From Niabella sp. (GTDB taxonomy: Bacteria; Bacteroidota; Bacteroidia; Chitinophagales; Chitinophagaceae): a stretch of 64,000 bases of DNA. Both the position numbers and the translations under genes were made by a program. Shown here piece after piece: positions 19,298 through 30,500 of this stretch. Position 1 is the stretch's first letter, and the number at the start of each line of letters is the position of its first letter. The stretch lies in assembly GCA_017744795.1 (NCBI GenBank), contig JAGIAQ010000001.1:15403-79402 (forward strand). Reading direction: 5' to 3'. The notes beneath the pieces were generated by a model. It had not been told where the DNA came from. It saw only the letters and a list, made by a program, of their open reading frames with translations, and did no database searches.

Positions 19298-19472
19298 CTG
19301 AACATTTTTCTAAAGCTATGCAACAATCATGCGAAAAAGCGAAACAACCGTTTGCACAATGCGTTTGGATTTTTGGCAGATCCTGTGTATATTGTTACCG
19401 ATCGCGCTGCTGCGGTCATTTTTCCGGTCAACCGGAATCATTTGCCCGAACGGCGTAACTTTTTCATAGGAA

Positions 19473-20708
19473 ATGAACTATAATAACGAATCGCGCGGCT
19501 TTGAGGATATGTGCTCTGCCGCCATACATGGTATATCTGACGAGGGAAGTTTGCATGCACATGCGATCCCTATTTATGCAACATCAACATTTGTATTTGA
19601 CAGCGCGGAACAGGGGATGAACCGCTTCGCGGGAAAAGAACCGGGGTATATCTACTCCCGTTTTGCAAACCCCACTACAACGGCAGCCGAGCAATTACTT
19701 GCGGCACTGGAAGCATTTGGTCTTAAAAATGAAAACGGACAACCGTTACAATTAAAAGCCTTGCTGCATGCCAGCGGGCAGGGCGCGTTGGCTACTTTAT
19801 GTTTTGCCTTGTTAAAAAGCGGCGACCGCATTCTTACCAATACGGCGCTTTACGGCGGTACGCATGAGTTTTTCTCTTTTATTTTAGCCAAAGCAGGAAT
19901 AGAAACGGTTTTCACGGATCTTACTGATCTCAATGCCGTTGCTGTGGCTTTACGGGAATATCCGGATATAAAACTGATCCATATCGAATCGCCAACCAAT
20001 CCCACCATGGCCTGCACCGATATTGAAGGGGTGTGTAAGCTTGCAGCGCCTCATGGTATAAAGGTGAGCATCGACAATACGTTTGCCACGCCTTATCTCC
20101 AGCAGCCCTTTGCTTCCGGGGTCGATTTTGTTTATCATTCCACTACCAAATTTTTAAACGGACATGGAACGGCAATTGGCGGGGCTTTGATTGGCAAAGA
20201 CCTGGCTTTTATGCAAACCACCGGCGCCAAAACGGCTAAGCTGCTGGGGGCAAACAGTAACCCTTTTGATGCTTTTCTGCTGATCAACGGGATCAAAACA
20301 TTGCCGCTCCGGATGCAGCAGCACAGCAAAAATGCCCAGCAGGTAGCGGAATGGCTGCATGCGCATCCTGCCGTTGCAAAAGTAAATTATAATGGCTTGC
20401 CCGATCATCCGCATTATGCCTTAAGCGCAAGGCAAATGCGTTCCCCGGGCGCCCTGCTCAGTTTTGAGTTAAAAGGCGGATTGGAAGCCGGGAAAACATT
20501 TATCAATAAATTACAAATGTGCACCCGCGCCGTTTCCCTGGGTACCATTGATACGCTCATATCGCATCCGGCATCGATGTCGCATTCCGGAATGAAACCT
20601 GAAGATCGTTTAAAATCGGGCATTTCAGACGGCCTGATCCGCGTGAGCGTTGGCATTGAAGCGGTAGAAGATATTTTAAGCGACCTGCAGCAGGCGCTTT
20701 TGCCCTAG
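19473..20708 (+). CDS. PLP-dependent Cys/Met metabolism enzyme (methionine gamma-lyase / cystathionine gamma-lyase family)
   Basis: YSRFANPT, IESPTNP, IDNTFATP, HSTTKFLNGHG (PLP lysine), AVSLG and LIRVSVGIE motifs. Confidence 0.93.
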   Translation: MNYNNESRGFEDMCSAAIHGISDEGSLHAHAIPIYATSTFVFDSAEQGMNRFAGKEPGYIYSRFANPTTTAAEQLLAALEAFGLKNENGQPLQLKALLHASGQGALATLCFALLKSGDRILTNTALYGGTHEFFSFILAKAGIETVFTDLTDLNAVAVALREYPDIKLIHIESPTNPTMACTDIEGVCKLAAPHGIKVSIDNTFATPYLQQPFASGVDFVYHSTTKFLNGHGTAIGGALIGKDLAFMQTTGAKTAKLLGANSNPFDAFLLINGIKTLPLRMQQHSKNAQQVAEWLHAHPAVAKVNYNGLPDHPHYALSARQMRSPGALLSFELKGGLEAGKTFINKLQMCTRAVSLGTIDTLISHPASMSHSGMKPEDRLKSGISDGLIRVSVGIEAVEDILSDLQQALLP

Positions 20709-20834
20709 CTACATGGCATATTTATTGTATTTTTAGTAGGCTGTATTCCAACCGGCCATTCGGGTCGGTTACAGAAATGGTGCCCGGCATCCGGTGCGGG
20801 ATGGGGTATATTCTTCGCTTCATATTAAACTACT

Positions 20835-23800
20835 ATGAAAATTTCTAAACCCGTTGATGAAATAGTGGTGCGCATGCGTGAGCTTTTTACGGGTGATGCC
20901 CTCCCTGCATTTTCAAAGGAAGAACCGTTTCGCCAGGAGTTATTCGGCTATGAACAGATGCAGCAGCATGGCGTTCATGTGGCCAAATCGCACGTAGTGC
21001 TGCGGTCCCATCCACATGACAAAGTACTGCCCCGGCTGGCCGATAACGAGGTGGTGATCGGCAAAGTATATGAGCTGATGACGGATGCCGTAAGCGCCCA
21101 ATTGCCCATTGTGCCGGCAAGTGAATGGCTGCTGGATAATTATTACCTTATAAAGGAACAGATCGCGCTGGGGCGTACCCACCTTCCAAAGGGGTATAGC
21201 GAAACCCTCCCGATTCTTGCCAAAGGCAGATCGGCCGGTTTTCCCCGTGTGTATGATATTGCGTTGGAGCTCATCGCGCATAGCGACGGGCATATCAGTC
21301 TTTCCAGTCTTACGGCATTTGTTGATTCCTACCAAACGGTTACCAAACTCACTCTGGGTGAATTATGGGCGGTGCCGATCATGCTGCGCCTGGCGGTTAT
21401 TGAAAACATCCGCCGCATTGCCTCCCGCATCGCATTGGACCGCTTAGATAAAAATGTAGCCAGTTACTGGGCCGAACAATTATTGGAAACAGCGCAAAAA
21501 AAACCGCGCGATATTATTATAGTGATAGCCGAAATGGCAAAATCGAAGCTCAGGCTGAACAGTGGCTTTGTTGCGGAATTTATCCGGAGGCTGCAGGGAA
21601 AAGATCATGGTTTGAGCATGGCCCTTACCTGGCTGGAAGAACGACTGGCCGAAACCGAACATTCCTCCACCGACCTGGTGAATATTGAAAATCAGAAACA
21701 GGCTACCGACCAGGTTTCGATACGCAACTCTATCGAAAGCATCCGGCTGATCAAAAGCACCGACTGGCGCAAATTTGTTGAAAGCGTGAGCGCAGTGGAA
21801 AAGATCCTGCAGACCGACATCGATGGTATTTATGAAAAAATGGATTTTACCACCCGGGACCGCTACCGCCATATTGTGGAATGGGTGGCGAAGCACAGTG
21901 TTTATGAAGAATTTCAGGTAGCGCAGTGGGCCATCGATCTTGCAAAGGAAAGCTTTAACAGGAACGATACGCCCCGAAAGCAGCATGTGGGTTATTACCT
22001 GGTCCATGAAACCGGGCAGCAACAACTGATAAAAAAAGCGAACATGCAGCTTACGGCCCGGCACCGGTTTAAAAAAATGTTGAAATATAACCGGCTGGTG
22101 TCCTATGTAGGCGTAACGATTGCTATCACCCTTTGCTTAAGTATTTGGGTAGCCTGGCACGCCTACCACCACGGATCCGGCCATTGGCTGGTATGGGTTA
22201 TGGCCCTGTTGGGGTTTGTAGCTCTGAGCCAGGCGATCATCCTACTGGCCAACTGGATCGCCACCCTGCTGGTTCGCCCGCGCCCGCTGCCCAAAATGGA
22301 TTTTTCTGAAGGCATACCCGAAGGGGAAAGCACACTGATTGCTGTTCCGTCAATGCTGACGAGCATTGCAGGAGTTGATGAGTTGGTGGATGAACTGGAA
22401 GTGCGCTACCTTGCTAATCCTGAAGCGCATTTGTACTTTGCCCTTTTAACGGACCTGCCAGATGCCGATGCAGAGCGGCTTCCGGAGGATGAGCCCCTGA
22501 TCGCCCACGTAAAAAAACAGATAGAAATATTAAACGAACGGTATGTTGCACCGGACGCTGCCGGCAGTAAATTTTTCCTCTTTCACCGGCCCCGGAAATG
22601 GAATGCCGGCGAAAAAGTATGGATGGGTCATGAACGAAAACGGGGAAAACTGGCGGAGCTGAACAGCTTTTTAAGAAAAACAGGTCATGATGATTTTTCT
22701 GAAATAACCGGCGATACCGCTTCTTTAGGCAATATTAAATACGTTATCACGCTTGATGCTGATACGCAACTGCCCCGGGAAGCAGCATGGAAGCTGATAG
22801 CCGCAATGGCGCATCCGCTGAACCGGCCGGAGCTCAATAAAAAGGAGCTAAGGGTTATTGACGGCTACGGTATTTTGCAGCCGCGCGCGTCGGTAAGCAT
22901 TCCTAAAACCACCAGCAGTTATTACGCAAAAATGCATAGTAACGATTCCGGGCTGGATCCTTATACCCAGCTCGTATCTGATGTGTACCAGGATCTTTTC
23001 GCCGAAGGCTCTTTTGTAGGAAAAGGGATCTATGATATTGATGTGTTTGAACAATTGCTGGGTGATACCTTTCCACCCAACCGTATTTTAAGTCACGATC
23101 TTTTAGAAGGATCCTATGTGCGTTCGGGTTTATTAACCGATGTAGAGCTGTTTGAAGAATACCCCGAAACCTATTGGGCCGATATAAAACGCCGTCACCG
23201 CTGGATTAGAGGCGACTGGCAGATCGCGAGCTGGGGAACACCTTTCATTCCCGGGAAGGAAAATAAAGTGCAGCGGAATTTTATTTCGAGCCTTTCCCGC
23301 TGGAAGATCATGGATAACCTGCGGCGCAGCCTGGTGCAGCCGGCAACCGTATTATTCCTGATCCTGGGCTGGGCGGTTGCCCCGGAGCCTGGCTTCTGGA
23401 CCCTTTTGTTTCTGGCAACATGGCTGCTTCCGATCCTGGTTACCTCCACCTGGCAGCTGTTTCAGCGCTCCGAAACGGTCAGCCGCAGGGCACATTTTAT
23501 TGAAGTGATGGACACGGTTATTTCTGACCTGTCGCACCTGTTCTTTACCATTGTTTGCCTGCCCTTTGAAGCCGTTAAAAACCTGGATGCCATTATGCGC
23601 TCCAACTGGCGCATCCTGCTCTCGCACCGGCATTTACTGCAATGGACCCCTTCAAAAGCAGGGGCGAACAATCAAAAAAGTATTGCTGCGGCCTACCGGT
23701 ACATGTGGCCTTCTGTTGTGATTCCGCTGGGTTGTTTTTTTCTTTTAAGTTTTATGAACCCGGCCGCGTTATTTATTGCAGCGCCCATCCTGGTAGCCTG

Positions 23801-26800
23801 GCTGCTGGGGCCGGCGATTGCCTGGTGGGCAAGCAAACCGGGAGAGGCGAAGGCAGCAATATTACCTGCCAAAGCCGTCCAGACATTGCATCTGTATGCC
23901 CGGAAAACCTGGGCTTATTTTGAAGATTTTGTGGCAACGGAAGACAACTGGCTGGCGCCGGATAACTTCCAGGAGCAGCCCATCACCTCATTGGCGCACC
24001 GCACTTCACCCACCAATATCGGGCTGGCGTTGCTTTCGAATCTGGCCGCTTACGATTTCGGGTACCTATCGTTGAAAAAGTTAAAGGAACGTATCTCCAA
24101 TACGTTTGCGACGCTTTCCTTACTGGAACGGTATAAGGGCCATTTTTATAACTGGTACGACACTGTGACCTTATTGCCCCTGAACCCTAAATACGTTTCT
24201 ATGGTAGACAGCGGCAACCTCTTTGGCTGTTTGCTGGTGTTGCGGCAGGGGATCCAGGAACTGGGTCACGAAAAAATATTTAAACCCGGGCAGGCTTCCG
24301 GGTTGCAGGACACCCTTTCTGTTTTAAAAAGCCATGTAGACAAAAAAAATCAGCCCGCAGCGCTCAATGAAATAGAACTATTGATTGCTGATCTTAAGAT
24401 ACAGGAATCTATTGCTGCAATATTGCCACAGCTGCAAATAATTCTTGAAAAAACAAAAGCACTTAAGCTGATCCCTGCGATCGCGCAAAGTACCGCTGCA
24501 GCCGACTGGCGCAACCGGCTGGAAAGCCAGGCGGAAGATTTTATTAGCTGCATCAATAGTTTTTGCGGCCTTGGCGGTGCGATGCTATTTCCCGGAAAGA
24601 TCCCTTCGCTTAATGAGCTGATAGCACTGGAAACAGGGCAACCAGCCATTGATGAGACCGACAGCATAACCCTGGAAGAAAATAATCAACAAGCGCTTCC
24701 CGTGGCATTTAAAGAGGCCATAGCCAATGCGAAAACATTTTTGACGGAGCTGGGCGATCTTGAAGCAAGCTGCCTGGAATATACTACGGTTGAATATGAT
24801 TTTCTTTATAACAAAGCACAAAACCTTTTTCATATTGGGTATAATGTTACGGAAGATGCGGCAGATAAAGGGTTCTACGATATGCTGGCCTCCGAAGCGC
24901 GGCTGGGAATTTATACCGCTATTGCCCAGGGAAGAATTCCGCAGGCCGCCTGGTTTTCCCTGGGCCGGCTAGTAACCAATATGGGCGGACACCCCGTGCT
25001 GCTTTCCTGGAGCGGTTCTATGTTCGAATACCTGATGCCGAAATTGCTGATGCCCACTTATGAAAATACATTATTGGACCGTACCAGTAAAGGCGCGGTG
25101 CGCAACCAGATCAGTTATGGCAATAAGAATAATATTCCCTGGGGCATTTCTGAATCGGGTTATAACCTGGTGGATACCAGTCTACATTATCAATACCAGT
25201 CCTTTGGCGTGCCGGGGTTGGGGTTAAAACGCGGACTGGCCAATGATCTGGTGATAGCGCCCTATGCTACGGTCATGGCTTTGATGGTAGACCCTTTAGC
25301 GGCTTTTGATAATTTAGGGATATTGTCGCGCAATGGTTTTGAAGGAAAATATGGTTTTTATGAAGCCATCGATTATACAGCCTCCAGAATGCCCCGCGGG
25401 CAAAGCCATGCCATTATAAAATCATTTATGGTGCACCACCAGGGGATGAGCCTTTTGTCACTGGCCTCAGTATTGTTAAATAAAAAAATGCAGGAACGCT
25501 TTGAACGCGATCCGCAATTTCAATCGGCCCTGTTGTTGCTCCAGGAAAAGCCGCCGCGCACGACCAACTTCTATACGCATACCGAAGAGGAGGGCAACCG
25601 GCAGATCCTTTCGCAGGAATCGAACCTGCGACTCATCACTACGCCCAATACGCCGGTCCCGGAAGTACAGTTATTGTCTAACGGAAAGTATTTCCTCGTT
25701 ATTTCCAGCAGCGGCGGCGGTTACAGCCGCTGGAAGGACATTGCCCTGCACCGCTGGCGCGAAGATGCCACTCTTGATAACTGGGGTGTATTCTGTTATA
25801 TAAAGGACCTTGGTGATGGGCAGTTCTGGTCCAATACCTATCAGCCTACATTGAAAAAAAGCAGTTCCTATGAAGCGATATTATCAAAGGGGCATGTGGC
25901 GTTTCGCCGGTTAGACAATAATATTGAGACCAAAACCGATATCGCCGTTTCGCCCGAAGATGATCTGGAAATTCGCCGTATTGTGATCACCAATCGCTCC
26001 TCATCGACCAAAACACTGGAAATAACCAGCTATAGTGAAGTGGTTATTGCCGGCCAGTTGGCCGATGAAGCGCATCCTGCTTTCAGCAATCTGTTTGTAC
26101 AAACGTCCATCGACGAAAAGCAAAGCGCGATCCTCTGCACACGCCGGCCCAGAACAAAAGAAGAGCAGCCTCCCTGGATGTTTCACACCCTGATCCTTCA
26201 GGGTACAACTGCGGAAGCTGTTTCTTACGAGACCGACCGGATGCAATTTATCGGCCGCGGCCGGTCGATCGTAAATCCCGTGGCAGTGGAACAGGGCGGG
26301 AACCTGTTCGGCTCACAGGGCTCCGTGCTGGATCCGGTGATTGCTATCCGCTATAAGATCAGTTTAAAACCCCGGCAACAAGCCAGTTTTGACCTGCTGC
26401 TCGGCATTGCAGAATCAAGAGAGCTTTGTACCGGTTTACTGGCTAAATACCAGGACCGGTATATCCGCAGCCGGATCTTTGAACTGGCGTGGACACACAG
26501 CCAGGTGCTGTTGCGCCAGCTCAACGCATCGCAGGCAGATGCCCAGCTTTACAATATCATTGCAGGGTCCGTCATTTATGCTAACAATGCCTTTCGCGCA
26601 GAACCGTCGGTTATTGAAAGCAATTTGAAAGGGCAATCCGGGTTATGGGGTTACGCCATTTCCGGGGACCTGCCCATTGTGCTGATGCGGGTAAAAAACA
26701 GCGAAAATATTAACCTCGTTAAACAAATGATCCAGGCACATGCCTACTGGAGCATAAAGGGTTTAAAGGTGGATCTGGTGATCTGGAATGATGATTTCGG

Positions 26801-29495
26801 CTCTTACCGCCAGGTATTCCAGGATCAGATCATCGGGTTTATCACCGCCTCCGGCAGCAATGTTTTAGATCAGCCGGGCGGTATTTTTGTTCGCGCCGGT
26901 GACCAGATATCCAATGAGGACCGGATATTATTTCAAACCGTAGCGCGGTTAATTTTTGACGATGATAAAGGCACGCTGTTAGAACAGGCGCTAAAGAAAC
27001 GAACACCAAAAGGATTACCGGAGGCTTTTATTGCGCAACAACAGGCCTACAAACCGGATGGCTCCAAAACTGTGACATTGCCGGAGGGCTTATTATTCAA
27101 CAATGGAACCGGCGGATTTACCAAAGACGGGAAGGAGTATATATTGATCAGCGGCCCGGAAAAACGATCGCCGGCCCCCTGGTGTAATGTTATCGCAAAT
27201 AAAGAATTGGGCACGGTAATATCGGAAAGCGGTTCGGCTTATACCTGGGTTGATAATGCCCAGGCATTCCGGTTAACCCCCTGGCAAAATGATCCGGTGA
27301 CTGATAAATGTGGCGAAGCCTTTTATATCCGCGATGAAGCCTCCGGCAGTTACTGGTCTCCGGCGCCGCTGCCCCGGCCGGGGAAGAACGCGTATGTAAC
27401 GCGACATGGCTTTGGGTATTCTGTTTATGAACATATTCATAACGAGATCTATTCCCAACTATGGATCTATGCTGATGTGGCATTGCCCGTGAAATACACA
27501 GTGCTGAAGCTGCGCAATCGTTCCGGCCAGGTATGCAAATTATCCGTTACCGGTTATGTGGAATGGGTACTGGGCGATACGGCGCAAAAAAATAAACTGT
27601 TTGTGGTAACCGGCAAAGACCCTATCACCAATGTATTATTCGCCCGCAACCGCTACAACACTGCGTTTGCAGATAAAGTAGCTTTTTTTGATGTGGATGG
27701 CAGTGAAAGAACCTTTACCTGCGACCGTCTTGAATTTATCGGGAGAAACGGAACGTTGACAAACCCTGACGCCTTGCAGCGCAAACAGCTGTCCGGCAGA
27801 ACCGGAGCGGGGTTGGATCCTTGTACAGCCCTACAGGTGGTGATCGAGCTGCACCCTGACGAGGAACGTGAGCTTGTTTTTCGCCTGGGCGCGGGCAAAA
27901 ACGAAGAAGAGGCCCGTGAACTGGTGGCAAAAATAAAAGGCAGCGCTTTTGCACACGCCGCGCAATCAAAAGTACATGATCAATGGAACCATATCCTGGG
28001 TGCGGTAACCGTGCAAACGCCTGATGCGGCGTTCAACGTAATGGCTAATGGCTGGCTGATGTACCAAACGCTCGCTTGCCGGGTCTGGGGCAGAAGCGGG
28101 TATTATCAATCCGGCGGCGCATATGGTTTCAGGGATCAACTGCAGGATGTGTTGGCATTATTGCATACACGACCCGATATCACACGGGAACAACTGCTGC
28201 TGGCGGCATCGCGGCAGTTTCTCCAGGGTGATGTGCAGCACTGGTGGCACCCACCTACCGGCAGGGGCGTACGCACGACCTGTTCCGATGACTATTTATG
28301 GCTGCCCTATGTTGCGTCCCGGTATATCTCCGCCACAGGCGATACAGCTGTTCTGAATGAATACATTTCGTTTATTGACGGACGTCCCCTAAGGCCGGGT
28401 GAGGAATCGTATTATGATTTACCCGTGTTTCTCAACCATTGGGAAACCCTGTACAACCACTGCAAATATGCCGTTCGTTATGGCTTAAAATTCGGAGAGC
28501 ATGGGCTGCCCCTGATAGGCTCCGGCGATTGGAATGATGGTATGGACAAAGTTGGGGAAGAAGGTAAGGGCGAAAGTGTTTGGCTGGGCTTCTTCCTTTA
28601 TGATGTGCTGCGCCGGTTTGAAACGATTGCAGCTGATTATGGCGATGCCGATTTTAGTGCCTTATGCAAAACTGAAGCCGGAAAATTAAAAGAAAATATA
28701 CACAAAAATGCCTGGGATGGCGCCTGGTACCGCCGCGCTTATTTTGATGACGGCACACCGTTGGGAAGCAGCGGCAATGAAGAATGTAAAATTGATTCCA
28801 TTTCCCAAAGCTGGTCGCTATTATCCGCAGGCGGTGATCCTGACCGTAGCTTGCAGGGCATGAACGCGGTAAATGAATATTTGATAGACCGGAAGAACAA
28901 AGTGATCAAATTGCTTACGCCGCCTTTTGACCAATCAGATCTGTATCCGGGTTATATTAAAGGCTACGTGCCCGGCGTCCGCGAAAACGGGGGCCAGTAC
29001 ACTCATGCCGCTATCTGGACCATTATGGCTTATGCGGCGTTACAAGACCGGGAGCGGGTGTGGGAATTATTTTCAATGGTCAACCCGGTTAACCATACGC
29101 TGGATCCCGGACAGGTACTGCAGTACAAAGCGGAACCCTATGTTATGGCCGCCGATGTTTATGGTGCAGCTCCGCATGAAGGCCGCGGCGGCTGGACCTG
29201 GTATACCGGTTCCGCCGGGTGGACCTACCAGCTGACCATCGATAGTATTCTCGGATTAAAAAAGACAGGTGACCGCCTATACCTGAACCCCTGTCTGCCG
29301 GATCAGTGGGCCGGTTTTGAACTGCAGTATCGTTTTGGCAATACCTTTTATCACATCAAAGTGATCAACAGCAAACAGGAGGGGCCAGACCGGCTCCGGG
29401 TGGATGGTAATGAGTCCCGGGAACCTTATATTACGCTCACAGATGATGGGCAGCTGCATAGGGCTGAGCTGGAAACGGGGAATAAGACGGGTTGA
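20835..29495 (+). CDS. cgs: Cyclic beta-1,2-glucan synthase (GT84 + glucoamylase-like cyclization domain + GH94 phosphorylase)
   Basis: GFPRVYDIA, LWAVPIMLR, WMGHERKRGKL, ITLDADT, SHDLLEG, RRHRWIRGDWQ, PDNFQE, WSGSMFEYLMP, WGISES, GDWNDGM, RENGGQYTHAA and WYTGSAGW motifs; 2886 aa. Confidence 0.93.
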   Translation: MKISKPVDEIVVRMRELFTGDALPAFSKEEPFRQELFGYEQMQQHGVHVAKSHVVLRSHPHDKVLPRLADNEVVIGKVYELMTDAVSAQLPIVPASEWLLDNYYLIKEQIALGRTHLPKGYSETLPILAKGRSAGFPRVYDIALELIAHSDGHISLSSLTAFVDSYQTVTKLTLGELWAVPIMLRLAVIENIRRIASRIALDRLDKNVASYWAEQLLETAQKKPRDIIIVIAEMAKSKLRLNSGFVAEFIRRLQGKDHGLSMALTWLEERLAETEHSSTDLVNIENQKQATDQVSIRNSIESIRLIKSTDWRKFVESVSAVEKILQTDIDGIYEKMDFTTRDRYRHIVEWVAKHSVYEEFQVAQWAIDLAKESFNRNDTPRKQHVGYYLVHETGQQQLIKKANMQLTARHRFKKMLKYNRLVSYVGVTIAITLCLSIWVAWHAYHHGSGHWLVWVMALLGFVALSQAIILLANWIATLLVRPRPLPKMDFSEGIPEGESTLIAVPSMLTSIAGVDELVDELEVRYLANPEAHLYFALLTDLPDADAERLPEDEPLIAHVKKQIEILNERYVAPDAAGSKFFLFHRPRKWNAGEKVWMGHERKRGKLAELNSFLRKTGHDDFSEITGDTASLGNIKYVITLDADTQLPREAAWKLIAAMAHPLNRPELNKKELRVIDGYGILQPRASVSIPKTTSSYYAKMHSNDSGLDPYTQLVSDVYQDLFAEGSFVGKGIYDIDVFEQLLGDTFPPNRILSHDLLEGSYVRSGLLTDVELFEEYPETYWADIKRRHRWIRGDWQIASWGTPFIPGKENKVQRNFISSLSRWKIMDNLRRSLVQPATVLFLILGWAVAPEPGFWTLLFLATWLLPILVTSTWQLFQRSETVSRRAHFIEVMDTVISDLSHLFFTIVCLPFEAVKNLDAIMRSNWRILLSHRHLLQWTPSKAGANNQKSIAAAYRYMWPSVVIPLGCFFLLSFMNPAALFIAAPILVAWLLGPAIAWWASKPGEAKAAILPAKAVQTLHLYARKTWAYFEDFVATEDNWLAPDNFQEQPITSLAHRTSPTNIGLALLSNLAAYDFGYLSLKKLKERISNTFATLSLLERYKGHFYNWYDTVTLLPLNPKYVSMVDSGNLFGCLLVLRQGIQELGHEKIFKPGQASGLQDTLSVLKSHVDKKNQPAALNEIELLIADLKIQESIAAILPQLQIILEKTKALKLIPAIAQSTAAADWRNRLESQAEDFISCINSFCGLGGAMLFPGKIPSLNELIALETGQPAIDETDSITLEENNQQALPVAFKEAIANAKTFLTELGDLEASCLEYTTVEYDFLYNKAQNLFHIGYNVTEDAADKGFYDMLASEARLGIYTAIAQGRIPQAAWFSLGRLVTNMGGHPVLLSWSGSMFEYLMPKLLMPTYENTLLDRTSKGAVRNQISYGNKNNIPWGISESGYNLVDTSLHYQYQSFGVPGLGLKRGLANDLVIAPYATVMALMVDPLAAFDNLGILSRNGFEGKYGFYEAIDYTASRMPRGQSHAIIKSFMVHHQGMSLLSLASVLLNKKMQERFERDPQFQSALLLLQEKPPRTTNFYTHTEEEGNRQILSQESNLRLITTPNTPVPEVQLLSNGKYFLVISSSGGGYSRWKDIALHRWREDATLDNWGVFCYIKDLGDGQFWSNTYQPTLKKSSSYEAILSKGHVAFRRLDNNIETKTDIAVSPEDDLEIRRIVITNRSSSTKTLEITSYSEVVIAGQLADEAHPAFSNLFVQTSIDEKQSAILCTRRPRTKEEQPPWMFHTLILQGTTAEAVSYETDRMQFIGRGRSIVNPVAVEQGGNLFGSQGSVLDPVIAIRYKISLKPRQQASFDLLLGIAESRELCTGLLAKYQDRYIRSRIFELAWTHSQVLLRQLNASQADAQLYNIIAGSVIYANNAFRAEPSVIESNLKGQSGLWGYAISGDLPIVLMRVKNSENINLVKQMIQAHAYWSIKGLKVDLVIWNDDFGSYRQVFQDQIIGFITASGSNVLDQPGGIFVRAGDQISNEDRILFQTVARLIFDDDKGTLLEQALKKRTPKGLPEAFIAQQQAYKPDGSKTVTLPEGLLFNNGTGGFTKDGKEYILISGPEKRSPAPWCNVIANKELGTVISESGSAYTWVDNAQAFRLTPWQNDPVTDKCGEAFYIRDEASGSYWSPAPLPRPGKNAYVTRHGFGYSVYEHIHNEIYSQLWIYADVALPVKYTVLKLRNRSGQVCKLSVTGYVEWVLGDTAQKNKLFVVTGKDPITNVLFARNRYNTAFADKVAFFDVDGSERTFTCDRLEFIGRNGTLTNPDALQRKQLSGRTGAGLDPCTALQVVIELHPDEERELVFRLGAGKNEEEARELVAKIKGSAFAHAAQSKVHDQWNHILGAVTVQTPDAAFNVMANGWLMYQTLACRVWGRSGYYQSGGAYGFRDQLQDVLALLHTRPDITREQLLLAASRQFLQGDVQHWWHPPTGRGVRTTCSDDYLWLPYVASRYISATGDTAVLNEYISFIDGRPLRPGEESYYDLPVFLNHWETLYNHCKYAVRYGLKFGEHGLPLIGSGDWNDGMDKVGEEGKGESVWLGFFLYDVLRRFETIAADYGDADFSALCKTEAGKLKENIHKNAWDGAWYRRAYFDDGTPLGSSGNEECKIDSISQSWSLLSAGGDPDRSLQGMNAVNEYLIDRKNKVIKLLTPPFDQSDLYPGYIKGYVPGVRENGGQYTHAAIWTIMAYAALQDRERVWELFSMVNPVNHTLDPGQVLQYKAEPYVMAADVYGAAPHEGRGGWTWYTGSAGWTYQLTIDSILGLKKTGDRLYLNPCLPDQWAGFELQYRFGNTFYHIKVINSKQEGPDRLRVDGNESREPYITLTDDGQLHRAELETGNKTG

Positions 29496-29563
29496 TTTTC
29501 ATCAAACCCGCTTCAGGTTAATTTATTTTTATAAATTCGATACTGGATTTTATTGCCCGGCAG

Positions 29564-30466
29564 ATGCTTCAGAAGAAGGAGGAACATATCAAAAAGAAAG
29601 ACGGTTTCAATGGCCAGATGGCGATTGTGCTGCCCAACCCAATCATCAAACGCTGCGCGTCCGAGGAACTGCTGCGTAACCTTTATATTACGGATATCGG
29701 CTTCTACCCCCGTGCGCAGTATCATCACCGTAAACGGGAGCAAGGCAGCCAGCAACATATTTTGATCTATTGCGTTGACGGGTGCGGATGGGCGAATATT
29801 GATGGCAGGAAAGTTGAAGTAAGGGAAGGAGAATACCTCGTTATTCCCTCCCATAGTAAACACGAATACGGAGCCGATACCTTACATCCATGGTCTATTT
29901 ATTGGGTGCATTTTAAAGGAAATGATGCAGACCGGTTCGTTGGGTTGCTGAAAAAAGAGAAGGATGACTTTGTGGGGGCGGCCGCCTTTAGTGAAAAAAG
30001 AACGACGCTATTCACAGATATATACAGCACGCTCGAATCCGGGTATAGTATGGAGCATCTGTATTATATCAATATGGTTTTTATGAGTTACCTCGGCACT
30101 TTCTGTTTTCCGCAGTTCCTTGATCCGCCACATAAAAAAGAACAAAATCAAATTGACGGTGCAATAATCTATATGCAACAGCATATCGACACAGTAGTAT
30201 CCTTAAAGGAATTGGCGGCATTTGCACATATGTCATCTTCGCATTTCTCCGCCCTCTTCAAAAAGAAAACCGGCTATCCACCGCTTGATTATTTCAATCA
30301 TCTGAAAATACAAAAGGCCTGTCAGTATCTTGAATTTACAGACATCTCTGTAAAGGAGTTGTGCTACAAGCTGGGTTTAAATGATCCCTTTTATTTTTCA
30401 AGATTATTCAGCCGGTACATGGGTGAGTCGCCGGTGCGTTACAGGAAAAGGAAAAAGTTTGCATAG
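29564..30466 (+). CDS. AraC family transcriptional regulator
   Basis: Cupin/AraC-binding N-domain (LYITDIGFYP, WSIYWVHF) and C-terminal double HTH (DPFYFSRLF...SP..YR). Confidence 0.95.
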   Translation: MLQKKEEHIKKKDGFNGQMAIVLPNPIIKRCASEELLRNLYITDIGFYPRAQYHHRKREQGSQQHILIYCVDGCGWANIDGRKVEVREGEYLVIPSHSKHEYGADTLHPWSIYWVHFKGNDADRFVGLLKKEKDDFVGAAAFSEKRTTLFTDIYSTLESGYSMEHLYYINMVFMSYLGTFCFPQFLDPPHKKEQNQIDGAIIYMQQHIDTVVSLKELAAFAHMSSSHFSALFKKKTGYPPLDYFNHLKIQKACQYLEFTDISVKELCYKLGLNDPFYFSRLFSRYMGESPVRYRKRKKFA

Positions 30467-30500
30467 TGTGCATAAATGCGCCGGTTTTTAACGAAAAGAG

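Noticed and set aside
19298-19472. Possible SAM riboswitch upstream of the Met/Cys lyase (TCGCGCTG resembles the SAM-II start)
   Set aside because: The downstream pseudoknot and conserved 3' motif are absent, and no SAM-I core was seen.
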